From: Flammeovirgaceae bacterium
GTDB lineage: Bacteria > Bacteroidota > Bacteroidia > Cytophagales > Cyclobacteriaceae
Assembly (NCBI GenBank): GCA_021298355.1
Contig: JAJTEH010000045.1
Coordinates: 1 to 14,053 of the forward strand
Reading direction: 5' to 3'
DNA length: 14,053 nt
Shown: piece after piece, positions 1-6,840 of the stretch
Position numbering within the stretch: the first letter of the stretch is position 1
How the letters are laid out: each line of letters begins with the position of its first letter
Notes under the pieces: generated by a model
Told to the model about the DNA's origin: nothing
Databases searched by the model: none
What the model saw: the letters and a program-made list of their open reading frames with translations, nothing else
Program-made: the position numbers and the translations under genes

Positions 1-34
1 TCGGAACAGTATTTTTATTGAAAGGAGAAGCGAT

Positions 35-877
35 ATGCAAAACGAAAACGAACAAACGTTAAAGAGAGCCATGGCTGGCGACATCAATGCTTTTCAAGAA
101 TTATTTGCCGTGTTTCAACCCCAACTAAAATCGTACTTATACAGATTGGTTACCGATAGAAACGATGCAGAGGATTTAGCACACGATACGTTTATTCGAG
201 CCTTCGATAAACTATCCGGCTTTAAAGGAAATTCATCTTTTAAAACGTGGGTGTTTCAAATTGCTACTAACCTGGCGTTAGATCATCAACGAAAATTTAA
301 GCGGTGGTCTGTAGACACTAAACAAATTGCAAAAGAATTGGTGTTGAATAATAAAACCGTTCGCGATACACTTTGGCAAGCGGGGCAATCTTCTCCGGAA
401 GGAACTTTTGATATTACCGACCACATCGACCATTGCTTTACCTGTATGGGCAAAACCTTGGCAATAGAAAAACAAGTTGTGTTGATATTAAAAGACATGT
501 ACGATTTTTCTATAAAAGAAATTGCCATCATCATCGATAAATCGCAAGATGTATGTAAACACCTGTTGCAAGATGCACGAAACACGATGGTAACTATTTT
601 CGATCATCGGTGTGCGCTCATCAACAAAAATGGCATTTGCAATCAGTGTTCAGAGTTAAATGGCATCTTCAACCCGAAACAAAATCAGCAAGAAGTAATG
701 AACCAACTCGATTTGGTGAAAGGTTCTAAAAAGTACAACCGCGAAGAATTATTTGAGTTGCGTACTAAACTGATTAAAGCGGTAGATCCTGTGCGTGGTA
801 AAGGAGCAGATTTGCAAGACTTACTGATGAAATGCGACCGCATGGGCATGGGTGAGCTGCCCATACCCCTCAATTAA
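35..877 (+). CDS. ECF-type (sigma-70 family) RNA polymerase sigma factor with a long sigma2-sigma4 linker and a ~90-aa C-terminal extension
   Basis: 280-aa ORF. The N-terminus has typical sigma region 2 (…AFQELFAVFQPQLKSYLYRLV…DAEDLAHDTFIRAF…FKTWVFQIATNLALDHQRK). Region 4 HTH is present (LAIEKQVVLILKDMYDFSIKEIAIIIDKSQDVCKHLLQDARNTM). Extra Cys/His-rich segments lie between and after these regions. AAGGAG at 22-27 sits 7 nt before the ATG. Confidence 0.85.
   Translation: MQNENEQTLKRAMAGDINAFQELFAVFQPQLKSYLYRLVTDRNDAEDLAHDTFIRAFDKLSGFKGNSSFKTWVFQIATNLALDHQRKFKRWSVDTKQIAKELVLNNKTVRDTLWQAGQSSPEGTFDITDHIDHCFTCMGKTLAIEKQVVLILKDMYDFSIKEIAIIIDKSQDVCKHLLQDARNTMVTIFDHRCALINKNGICNQCSELNGIFNPKQNQQEVMNQLDLVKGSKKYNREELFELRTKLIKAVDPVRGKGADLQDLLMKCDRMGMGELPIPLN
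422..445 (+). other. H-x3-C-x2-C motif (HIDHCFTC; H130, H133, C134, C137) inside the sigma2-sigma4 linker
   Basis: Direct translation of cac atc gac cat tgc ttt acc tgt. The spacing is identical to the ZAS (zinc anti-sigma) signature. The presence of the motif is certain; metal or redox function is only inferred. Confidence 0.55.
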
Positions 878-938
878 ACTAAAGCGGATACTACGTGTTT
901 TAATAAAAAGATGCAGTTTGGTGCTAACTGCTAAAAGC

Positions 939-1670
939 ATGAGGTGTATGAGTAAGGTAATCTTATTATGGTTAGTAGCAACATGCATAACCACTCAGGC
1001 ATTCGGTATGGGCGATTCAACCCGAAAGAGTTCGTGGTGGTTTGTTTACAAATACGGTTCTGCACGCGGTAATTTATCGCAGTATAAAAATTGGGCAACA
1101 GCGGAAGGATTAAATAACATTTCATCCTTTAGCAACAGCAGAATGATTAGTATTGATATTATACACAACAGAAATAAAATGGTGTATGGTTTAAATACCG
1201 ATTTTGAATTACGATCGTTCGGAACATCAGAGCCTTATTTCTTTTCTTTTACCTTTAGAAGTGGCTATACTTTTTTTGATAATAATCACGTTCAGGTAAA
1301 GGCATTGGGCGGGGTAGGTTTGGGCTATGTGTTTATCAGATTTGAAAACGGTGTGCCAACTTCCTTACAAGATATTGCAACTAACTATACCGATCCGTTT
1401 GCAAGAGCTGCATTGTTTGTGTCGAGGTTTGAAGTATTGACTTCTTATCGCTTAGCAAAACTAAATCGACAGAATAGAAACTTTGGAATAGAAATCAATA
1501 CGATGTTGAATGCAGGCGTACAACCTGTTCTTTCCCATGGCGGTTGGAATTTCGGAGAGAATGAACCGGATATTGATGGCTCCAGGTTTGTTGGTCAGCG
1601 AGTAGGCATTCCTAAATTTTATAAAGCAAACGCATTTATAAACATTGGCCTCGCCATTGTTTTTGATTAA
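939..1670 (+). CDS. Hypothetical secreted protein, outer-membrane beta-barrel-like
   Basis: The ORF track gives 852..1670, but the first 29 codons overlap the sigma gene. An ATG at 939 (or 948) yields MRCMSKVILLWLVATCITTQAFG, a signal-peptide-like N-terminus. The rest is rich in alternating hydrophobic/polar strands and aromatics and ends …FINIGLAIVFD. I recognise no family. Confidence 0.55.
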   Translation: MRCMSKVILLWLVATCITTQAFGMGDSTRKSSWWFVYKYGSARGNLSQYKNWATAEGLNNISSFSNSRMISIDIIHNRNKMVYGLNTDFELRSFGTSEPYFFSFTFRSGYTFFDNNHVQVKALGGVGLGYVFIRFENGVPTSLQDIATNYTDPFARAALFVSRFEVLTSYRLAKLNRQNRNFGIEINTMLNAGVQPVLSHGGWNFGENEPDIDGSRFVGQRVGIPKFYKANAFINIGLAIVFD

Positions 1671-1730
1671 CAACAGAAATCGTAAGGCTGATAATTATAA
1701 TTGTGAAATTAACCCTAATTATAGGATGCA

Positions 1731-4094
1731 TTACGCATTCAACTCGTAAATGTGTTTCAATTGTTTTAATTCTTTTGTGGTTAATGTAAACAGATTCTCA
1801 TTAACGCATAATTGTTTTAAATTTTTTAATGCAAAAATCCATTTAGGTAACCTAGTAATTTTATTTTTCGAAATATCTAACACTTGTAAAGTAGTTAATT
1901 TACCTAGTGAGTGAGGTAGAGCAGTTAAACGATTATCGTGTACACATAGGTATTTTAGTTTTTTTAAATTGCCTATCGAAGTTGGTATTTCTGTTACTCT
2001 ATTTCCATCAATATCTAAATGCGTAAGGTTTTTCAATTTTCCAATTTCTTTAGGAAGTTTGGTAAGTTGTTGGTGGTTTTCAAAATCTATAGAGTTGTAA
2101 ATTTCTAATCGCTTAAGTGTTTGGCATAAACCAATTTCGGGTGGTAAAAACTTTACCGATAGTTTTAACTCTTGTAGGTTAGGCAGTGCGGCAATTTTAA
2201 TACATGCATCGTGCCAGTTTGAAAATGTATTTCCAAGTAGGGTAAGCTTTTTTAAGTTTCGTAATGCACTAAAATTATCTGGTAGCTTTGGTATGTTGCA
2301 ATCGGTAATGCTTAGCTCAGTAAGGGTATTCAATTGCCCAAAAGTTTCAGGCAGAATTAAATCCGAAGCTTCAATACGTAAGATTCTTAGTTTTTTTAGT
2401 GCTGAAAATTCAGTTGGTAAAATTATTTTGCCTTTTGTGGCCAAACGTAATAGTGTTAAATTCTTCATACCATAAATAGTAGAGGGAATTTTATATTCTT
2501 TTTTGTGCAATAACTCTAGTATTAAATTTTGGAGGTTTTTTAGTTGGCCAATTTCAACCGGAATTTGTTTTGTAGTTTGCACATACAACTCACTTACTTT
2601 TGGGCAATGTTTTATTGTATTGCATATATCCGTAAAGTTAATTGATGCAGTATAATCTGTTTTCAGAGTTTCTAATTTATGCAAATACTGTAATGATGAT
2701 GGTAGTTTTTTAATCGATGTTCTTTTTAAAGAAAGATGTTTTAGGTTTTTTAGTTTTCCTAGATCGTTTGGTAAGGTGGTTAATGGGTTATCGTCTACTA
2801 CTAATGTTTCGAGTTGGGTAAGTTGGCCAATCCACGCGGGTAGTGCTGTAAGGCCGGTATCGTTCAGGTATAATTCTTTTAATTGCGTTAGTTTGCTAAG
2901 GTTTTTGTGCAGTGTTAGTTTATTTTTACCATACGCGCGCAATAGGGCTAGGGAAGTAATGTATTTAAGAGAATTTATCTGCGGTGGTATTTTTTTAGCA
3001 TGAAACCGTAAGGTTTTTAGTTTGGGTAGTTTGCCCAGCACAGGTAGGGTGCGCTCAAGATTAAGTGCAGAACAATAGGCAATAGATAAATTTTGTAATT
3101 GAGTAAGTTTTGAAAAAGATACAGGTAAATGTGTAAGAGATGTGTTCCAATACAACGATAACTTTTTAAGTTTTTGCAGTTTACCTATAGTAGATGGTAG
3201 GGTGATTATGTTTTGATCAGAGAGTTCAAGTATTTCTAAATTTTTTAAGTTCGCTATTGAGTTAGGTAATATTTTAAGGTTACCCCCATTAAATTTAAAA
3301 ACAGTGAGTTTTTGTAGCAAGCCAATAGAATCTGGTAAAAAAGATAGAGAATAATTTCTGGAAAGATTCAGTTCCTTTACGTTAACGCAATAACCTAAAG
3401 CGTGTATGTTCGTTTTATTTTGCCAATCCTGTTGTTCGTCTTCCAGATTTAGCGCTGTAATATTTTCGTACATACCCTCTGTAAACAATGTTTTAGAAGA
3501 AGGTAGGAGCTGATCATCCAACATTTTTTCTACCCATTCTAAAAAAGAAAAAGTTTTAAAAGATGTACCTGATGCTTTATAATAAGGATGGTACATATCG
3601 GCTACATGCCAAATGCGACCACGTTCGGTGCCATTTAAAACGAGTGCCGTAAAACTGGATCCCCAACCTTCATAATTTAAAAACAAGCAACCCGAAATAG
3701 TTGAGGAGCCACTTTCCTGCATGATAGCATGTACATCATTTGCCGGATAAGAATTATAAATGGATTCTTTAATTATCCGATTACCTGTTTTAGTATCAAA
3801 CGGAAAAGATTTTGCCAGCTCTAATTCTACATCATCTAAATAATGAAAGCGCGTTGTTTCACGCAATGGGCGAATATGCCGATAGTTGTTTTCACAATTT
3901 CCGTTTCCCAAAAAACGCAAAAACATTTTGTATTCGCTCGGAAGCGTAATGCCATGTTTGTGCTCAAATTTTTTAATCTCACTATTAGATACTGTATCGT
4001 TTAACGTGTAAGGTTCAACACCATTTTCTTTGCGTAGCAAATTCAGCGCTGTAATTTTCTTTTCAATTCTTGAAATGTTTTCTCGTAAGCCCAT
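1731..4094 (-). CDS. SUKH (SMI1/KNR4)-domain protein fused to a long leucine-rich-repeat array; no signal peptide
   Basis: The 787-aa uninterrupted ORF is the longest in the window. The N-terminal ~200 aa show SMI1/KNR4-like blocks (GITLPSEYKMFLRFLGNG; GCLFLNYEGWGSSFTALVLNGTERGRIWHV; FKTFSFLEWVEKML). Residues ~238-768 are LRRs of the LxxLxxLxLxxNxLxxLPxxIGxL type. Confidence 0.88.
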   Translation of the reverse strand: MGLRENISRIEKKITALNLLRKENGVEPYTLNDTVSNSEIKKFEHKHGITLPSEYKMFLRFLGNGNCENNYRHIRPLRETTRFHYLDDVELELAKSFPFDTKTGNRIIKESIYNSYPANDVHAIMQESGSSTISGCLFLNYEGWGSSFTALVLNGTERGRIWHVADMYHPYYKASGTSFKTFSFLEWVEKMLDDQLLPSSKTLFTEGMYENITALNLEDEQQDWQNKTNIHALGYCVNVKELNLSRNYSLSFLPDSIGLLQKLTVFKFNGGNLKILPNSIANLKNLEILELSDQNIITLPSTIGKLQKLKKLSLYWNTSLTHLPVSFSKLTQLQNLSIAYCSALNLERTLPVLGKLPKLKTLRFHAKKIPPQINSLKYITSLALLRAYGKNKLTLHKNLSKLTQLKELYLNDTGLTALPAWIGQLTQLETLVVDDNPLTTLPNDLGKLKNLKHLSLKRTSIKKLPSSLQYLHKLETLKTDYTASINFTDICNTIKHCPKVSELYVQTTKQIPVEIGQLKNLQNLILELLHKKEYKIPSTIYGMKNLTLLRLATKGKIILPTEFSALKKLRILRIEASDLILPETFGQLNTLTELSITDCNIPKLPDNFSALRNLKKLTLLGNTFSNWHDACIKIAALPNLQELKLSVKFLPPEIGLCQTLKRLEIYNSIDFENHQQLTKLPKEIGKLKNLTHLDIDGNRVTEIPTSIGNLKKLKYLCVHDNRLTALPHSLGKLTTLQVLDISKNKITRLPKWIFALKNLKQLCVNENLFTLTTKELKQLKHIYELNA
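1791..3383 (-). repeat. About 23 tandem ~23-codon (~69-nt) LRR coding units, in two blocks split by a non-repeat insert (aa ~476-510)
   Basis: The protein repeats …LPDSIGLLQKLTVFKFNGGNLKILPNSIANLKNLEILELSDQNIITLPSTIGKLQKLKKLSL… throughout. At the DNA level only short strings recur, e.g. aggttttttagtt near 2533 and near 2743. This is a degenerate coding periodicity, not identical DNA repeats. Confidence 0.8.
3516..3989 (-). other. SUKH / SMI1-KNR4-like domain (aa ~36-193 of the LRR protein)
   Basis: By-eye match to the family hallmarks: an N-terminal helix ending in LPxxYxxFLxxxNG, a central hydrophobic strand block with a G/W-rich turn, and a C-terminal sFxeWlexml helix. Not verified by profile search. 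Confidence 0.65.
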
Positions 4095-4312
4095 AATACC
4101 TAAGTTTAATTAGAAGCAGGATTAGTTTTTACAGAAGCTAAAAGAGAGGGGTAAGGTACACTTTGTTAATTAGTACAATTAATTTTAAAAATTCTAATTA
4201 TCTAGCATACAGCCTTCGGGCTAAGAGGTAGCCAGCTTGCAAGACGTGAAATGTAAATGCTGAAATTTTATAAACAGATTTTGTAATGTGCTTTTTAGCA
4301 GATAACTGAAAG

Positions 4313-4735
4313 TCAATCTGTCATCCTCACACCCAAAGAAGTAAACGCTCTGCCGTGAATAATTTGGTTGAGTTCTTTTTGGGTTTTCATGATCTCGTCC
4401 AGCGAGAGCTTTAATTCGGTGTGGTAAATTTTATAGATCAATACCCACTCATCTTTGGCCATAAACCCATCTGCGTTGGCAATTACACACATCCACGCTA
4501 TGCATCGTATTTGCCACTTTAATTCAAGCTTTTTAATTTCAGTTACTACTTGTTTTAGCGTGGTGGAGTGGTCTGTTATCGATTGTAAGTTTTCTAACTG
4601 TTGATTAAACTCAGCTTCATTAATATTTTCAGCCTCCATCATTTTTCTGCCCAGTATCAACTCGCGCTCGTTAATTTTCCCATCAGCTAACATTAATAGA
4701 TAATACAGATTAACCAGAGTTGATTTGTAGTTCAT
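4313..4735 (-). CDS. TerB-like (tellurite-resistance TerB / DjlA N-terminal-like) small cytoplasmic protein
   Basis: 140-aa ORF with two copies of the TerB-type motif hydrophobic-x-A-D-G-x4-(D/E)E: LLMLADGKINEREL and VIANADGFMAKDEW. All-helical character and no TM segment. Confidence 0.6.
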   Translation of the reverse strand: MNYKSTLVNLYYLLMLADGKINERELILGRKMMEAENINEAEFNQQLENLQSITDHSTTLKQVVTEIKKLELKWQIRCIAWMCVIANADGFMAKDEWVLIYKIYHTELKLSLDEIMKTQKELNQIIHGRAFTSLGVRMTD

Positions 4736-4916
4736 AGACAGATGTAATAATCAATCGAAAATTACAAAAAAAATGAACTATTCATTCTTAAAAAGCCGAT
4801 AAATATGTTTTTAGAATCTTTTTCAGCAAAAACTAAATGTACCAAAAGAGAAAAAATACAAGATTAATCTATCGGGTAACTTGGTTTTACTTTTAAACCA
4901 AAAGCAAATACAAAGC

Positions 4917-6701
4917 TTATTCTATTTCTTCTGTTACCGATTGTTTTTCGAAAAGTTCGCGATAGTGTCCGTTTTTTTCCAACAGCGAATCGTGCGTGCC
5001 GCTTTCTACTATTTCGCCATCTACTAAAACCAATATTTTATTTGCCAGCTTAGCCGATGATACCCTATGCGAAATAATGATTGTGGTTCGGCCTTGCATG
5101 ATTCGTTTTAAGTTATTTAAAATATTGTTTTCTGTTTTGGTATCAACAGCACTTAAGGCATCATCCAACATTAATATTTTTGGCTCGCGCACAATGGCAC
5201 GGGCAATGGAAACCCTTTGTTTTTGTCCGCCCGATAAGGTAATGCCTCGCTCGCCCACACGGGTTTCAAAACTTTGCGGAAAAGAAACAATGTTTTCGTA
5301 TACATCGGCATCTTTGGCGGCTTGCCAAACTTTTTGTTCGCCAGGGTTGTGCATACCAAAGCGTATGTTGTTGTAGATGCTGTCGCTAAACAGAAAAACA
5401 TCTTGTGGTACATAGCCGATTTGCGAACGCAAGTTTTGCAAATGATAATCTTGTATGGGTACGTTATCGATCAAAATTTTTCCTTCGCGTACATCGTACA
5501 TGCGGCTAATTAAATTGGCTACTGTACTTTTTCCGCTTCCTGTGGTGCCAATAATGGCTAACGATTCGCCTGGATTAACTACAAAAGAAATATTTTTTAA
5601 CGCGTTTATGCCGGTATCAGGGTAAGTGAAATACACCTGCTTGAATTCGATTTTTCCTTCTATCGTTTTTTCGCTGTTTTTTTCTGATACCAGAGTACTG
5701 GATGTTTTTAAAAACTCATTGATTCTTTTTTGCGATGCTTCTGCCCGTTGCACAAGAGAGCTTGTCCATCCTAACGATGTAACAGGCCATGTTAATAAGT
5801 TTACATAAATAATAAACTCAGCAATGTTACCAAATGTAAGCGTACCCTGTAAAACTTCAGTACTGCCTGCGTAAATGGTAAGTAAGGTACTTGCGCCTAT
5901 AAGCCCCATAATAAGTGGGTAAAAAAGCGATTGTACTTTGGTTAACTTCAATGATTCTTTTCTGTATTGGTCGCTGGCTTCAGAAAAGTTTTGCATCGAT
6001 TCGTTTTCGCGGTTAAACGATTTTATTACACGAATGCCACTAAAGGCTTCTTGTACAAATGTAGATAAGCCCGATTGGTGTTTTTGTATGGCTTCGCTTC
6101 GTCTTTCAATTTTATTGTTAACAAAGAAAATACTTATCGATAACAACGGTAGCGGGCTTAACGCATACCATGTTAACGAAGGGCTGATGCTAAACATAAT
6201 CGGAATCAACATCACAAAAAGTGTAACGAGTTGTAGGCCATACATAATGGCCGGGCCTAAATACATGCGAACGCGCCCAACATCTTCGCTAATGCGATTC
6301 ATTAAATCGCCTGTGTTGTTTCTTCGGTAGAAACTTAAAGGCAACGTTTGGTAATGATCGTAGATTTCGTTTTTCAGATCATACTCTACCAGGCGCGACA
6401 TAACAATGATGGTTTGCCTGACAAAATACAAGAACACTCCACGTAAAAAAGCCATTAACACAATCAAGCCGGCATACAGAAGAATACCACTGGCAAAAAC
6501 AGAAAAGAATTTTTCTTGTGCAGAAAGAGAATTCAACGCTTGATACAACAAAACATTATCCACTACTAAATCAAGCGAGCTGCGTACCAACTGAGCCGGA
6601 ATGATCTGGAAAAGGTTAGAGATGATCACAAACACCATTCCCAGCACCAAATGCCATTTGTATTTATACAGGTATTTATTGAGGTATTTAAGTTCTTTCA
6701 T
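4917..6701 (-). CDS. ABC exporter, fused permease + ATPase (MsbA/MdlB-type half transporter)
   Basis: 594 aa. The N-terminal ~300 aa carry ~6 hydrophobic helices. The ATPase motifs are Walker A GTTGSGKST, Q-loop, ABC signature LSGGQKQR, Walker B ILMLDDALSAVD and the H-loop (IIISHR). Confidence 0.95.
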   Translation of the reverse strand: MKELKYLNKYLYKYKWHLVLGMVFVIISNLFQIIPAQLVRSSLDLVVDNVLLYQALNSLSAQEKFFSVFASGILLYAGLIVLMAFLRGVFLYFVRQTIIVMSRLVEYDLKNEIYDHYQTLPLSFYRRNNTGDLMNRISEDVGRVRMYLGPAIMYGLQLVTLFVMLIPIMFSISPSLTWYALSPLPLLSISIFFVNNKIERRSEAIQKHQSGLSTFVQEAFSGIRVIKSFNRENESMQNFSEASDQYRKESLKLTKVQSLFYPLIMGLIGASTLLTIYAGSTEVLQGTLTFGNIAEFIIYVNLLTWPVTSLGWTSSLVQRAEASQKRINEFLKTSSTLVSEKNSEKTIEGKIEFKQVYFTYPDTGINALKNISFVVNPGESLAIIGTTGSGKSTVANLISRMYDVREGKILIDNVPIQDYHLQNLRSQIGYVPQDVFLFSDSIYNNIRFGMHNPGEQKVWQAAKDADVYENIVSFPQSFETRVGERGITLSGGQKQRVSIARAIVREPKILMLDDALSAVDTKTENNILNNLKRIMQGRTTIIISHRVSSAKLANKILVLVDGEIVESGTHDSLLEKNGHYRELFEKQSVTEEIE

Positions 6702-6774
6702 GTAAGAAAATTCGGGACACCCCGATTAGAACGAAATATTGTTTTTAAAGTTCGCGCAAACGTTTGAAATGCTC

Positions 6775-6782
6775 TAACTTTG
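6775..6782 (+). promoter_or_regulatory. Candidate Bacteroidota -7 promoter box (TAACTTTG = TAnnTTTG) for the dehydrogenase gene
   Basis: Exact match to the TAnnTTTG consensus, 59 nt upstream of ATG 6841. I found no well-spaced -33 TTTG partner, so this is weak. Confidence 0.35.
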
Positions 6783-6840
6783 CAGTGTATTCGAGTTTAT
6801 CGAGTGCACAAACTTAAGTAAAAACAAACGCAAAATTTCC

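Noticed and set aside
3-34. GGAAC at 3-7 as the -35 element of an autoregulated ECF promoter
   Set aside because: No CGT-type -10 element lies at the expected 16-17 nt spacing, and the nearest CG (31-32) is only 3 nt from the ATG. The upstream region is truncated by the window edge, so no promoter can be called.
852-938. N-terminal extension of the 852..1670 ORF overlapping the 3' end of the sigma gene
   Set aside because: The extension (MSCPYPSIKLKRILRVLIKRCSLVLTAKS) precedes a much better signal-peptide start at 939/948 and would overlap the sigma gene by 26 nt. I treat the internal ATG as the real start.
1671-1730. AT-only inverted/direct repeats (ataatta…taattat) between the convergent beta-barrel-like and LRR genes as a terminator
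   Set aside because: The stem would be 7 A-T pairs with a ~17-nt loop and no flanking U-tract, which is too weak to call. Termination here remains unexplained.
2293-3003. Plus-strand ORFs 2293..2475 and 2776..3003 inside the LRR gene
   Set aside because: These are shadow ORFs opposite a 787-codon open frame with clear repeat structure. They have no start context or motifs.
1791-3383. Periodic DNA in the LRR gene as a possible CRISPR array, satellite or phase-variable repeat
   Set aside because: The periodicity exists only at the protein-motif level. Nucleotide identity between units is limited to short strings (13 nt or less), there are no spacer/repeat boundaries, and the frame is intact throughout.
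4996-6330. Plus-strand ORFs of 60-130 aa (4996..5376, 5274..5513, 5626..5808, 5938..6330) antisense to the ABC transporter gene
   Set aside because: The minus-strand frame has unambiguous ABC motifs along its whole length. The antisense translations are low-complexity with no motifs, typical shadow ORFs of an AT-rich gene.
6712-6725. GC-rich hairpin tcggg-acac-cccga in the 5' leader of the ABC exporter gene
   Set aside because: The stem is only 5 bp and I cannot assess conservation. It may modestly affect translation initiation but is not enough to call a regulatory element.
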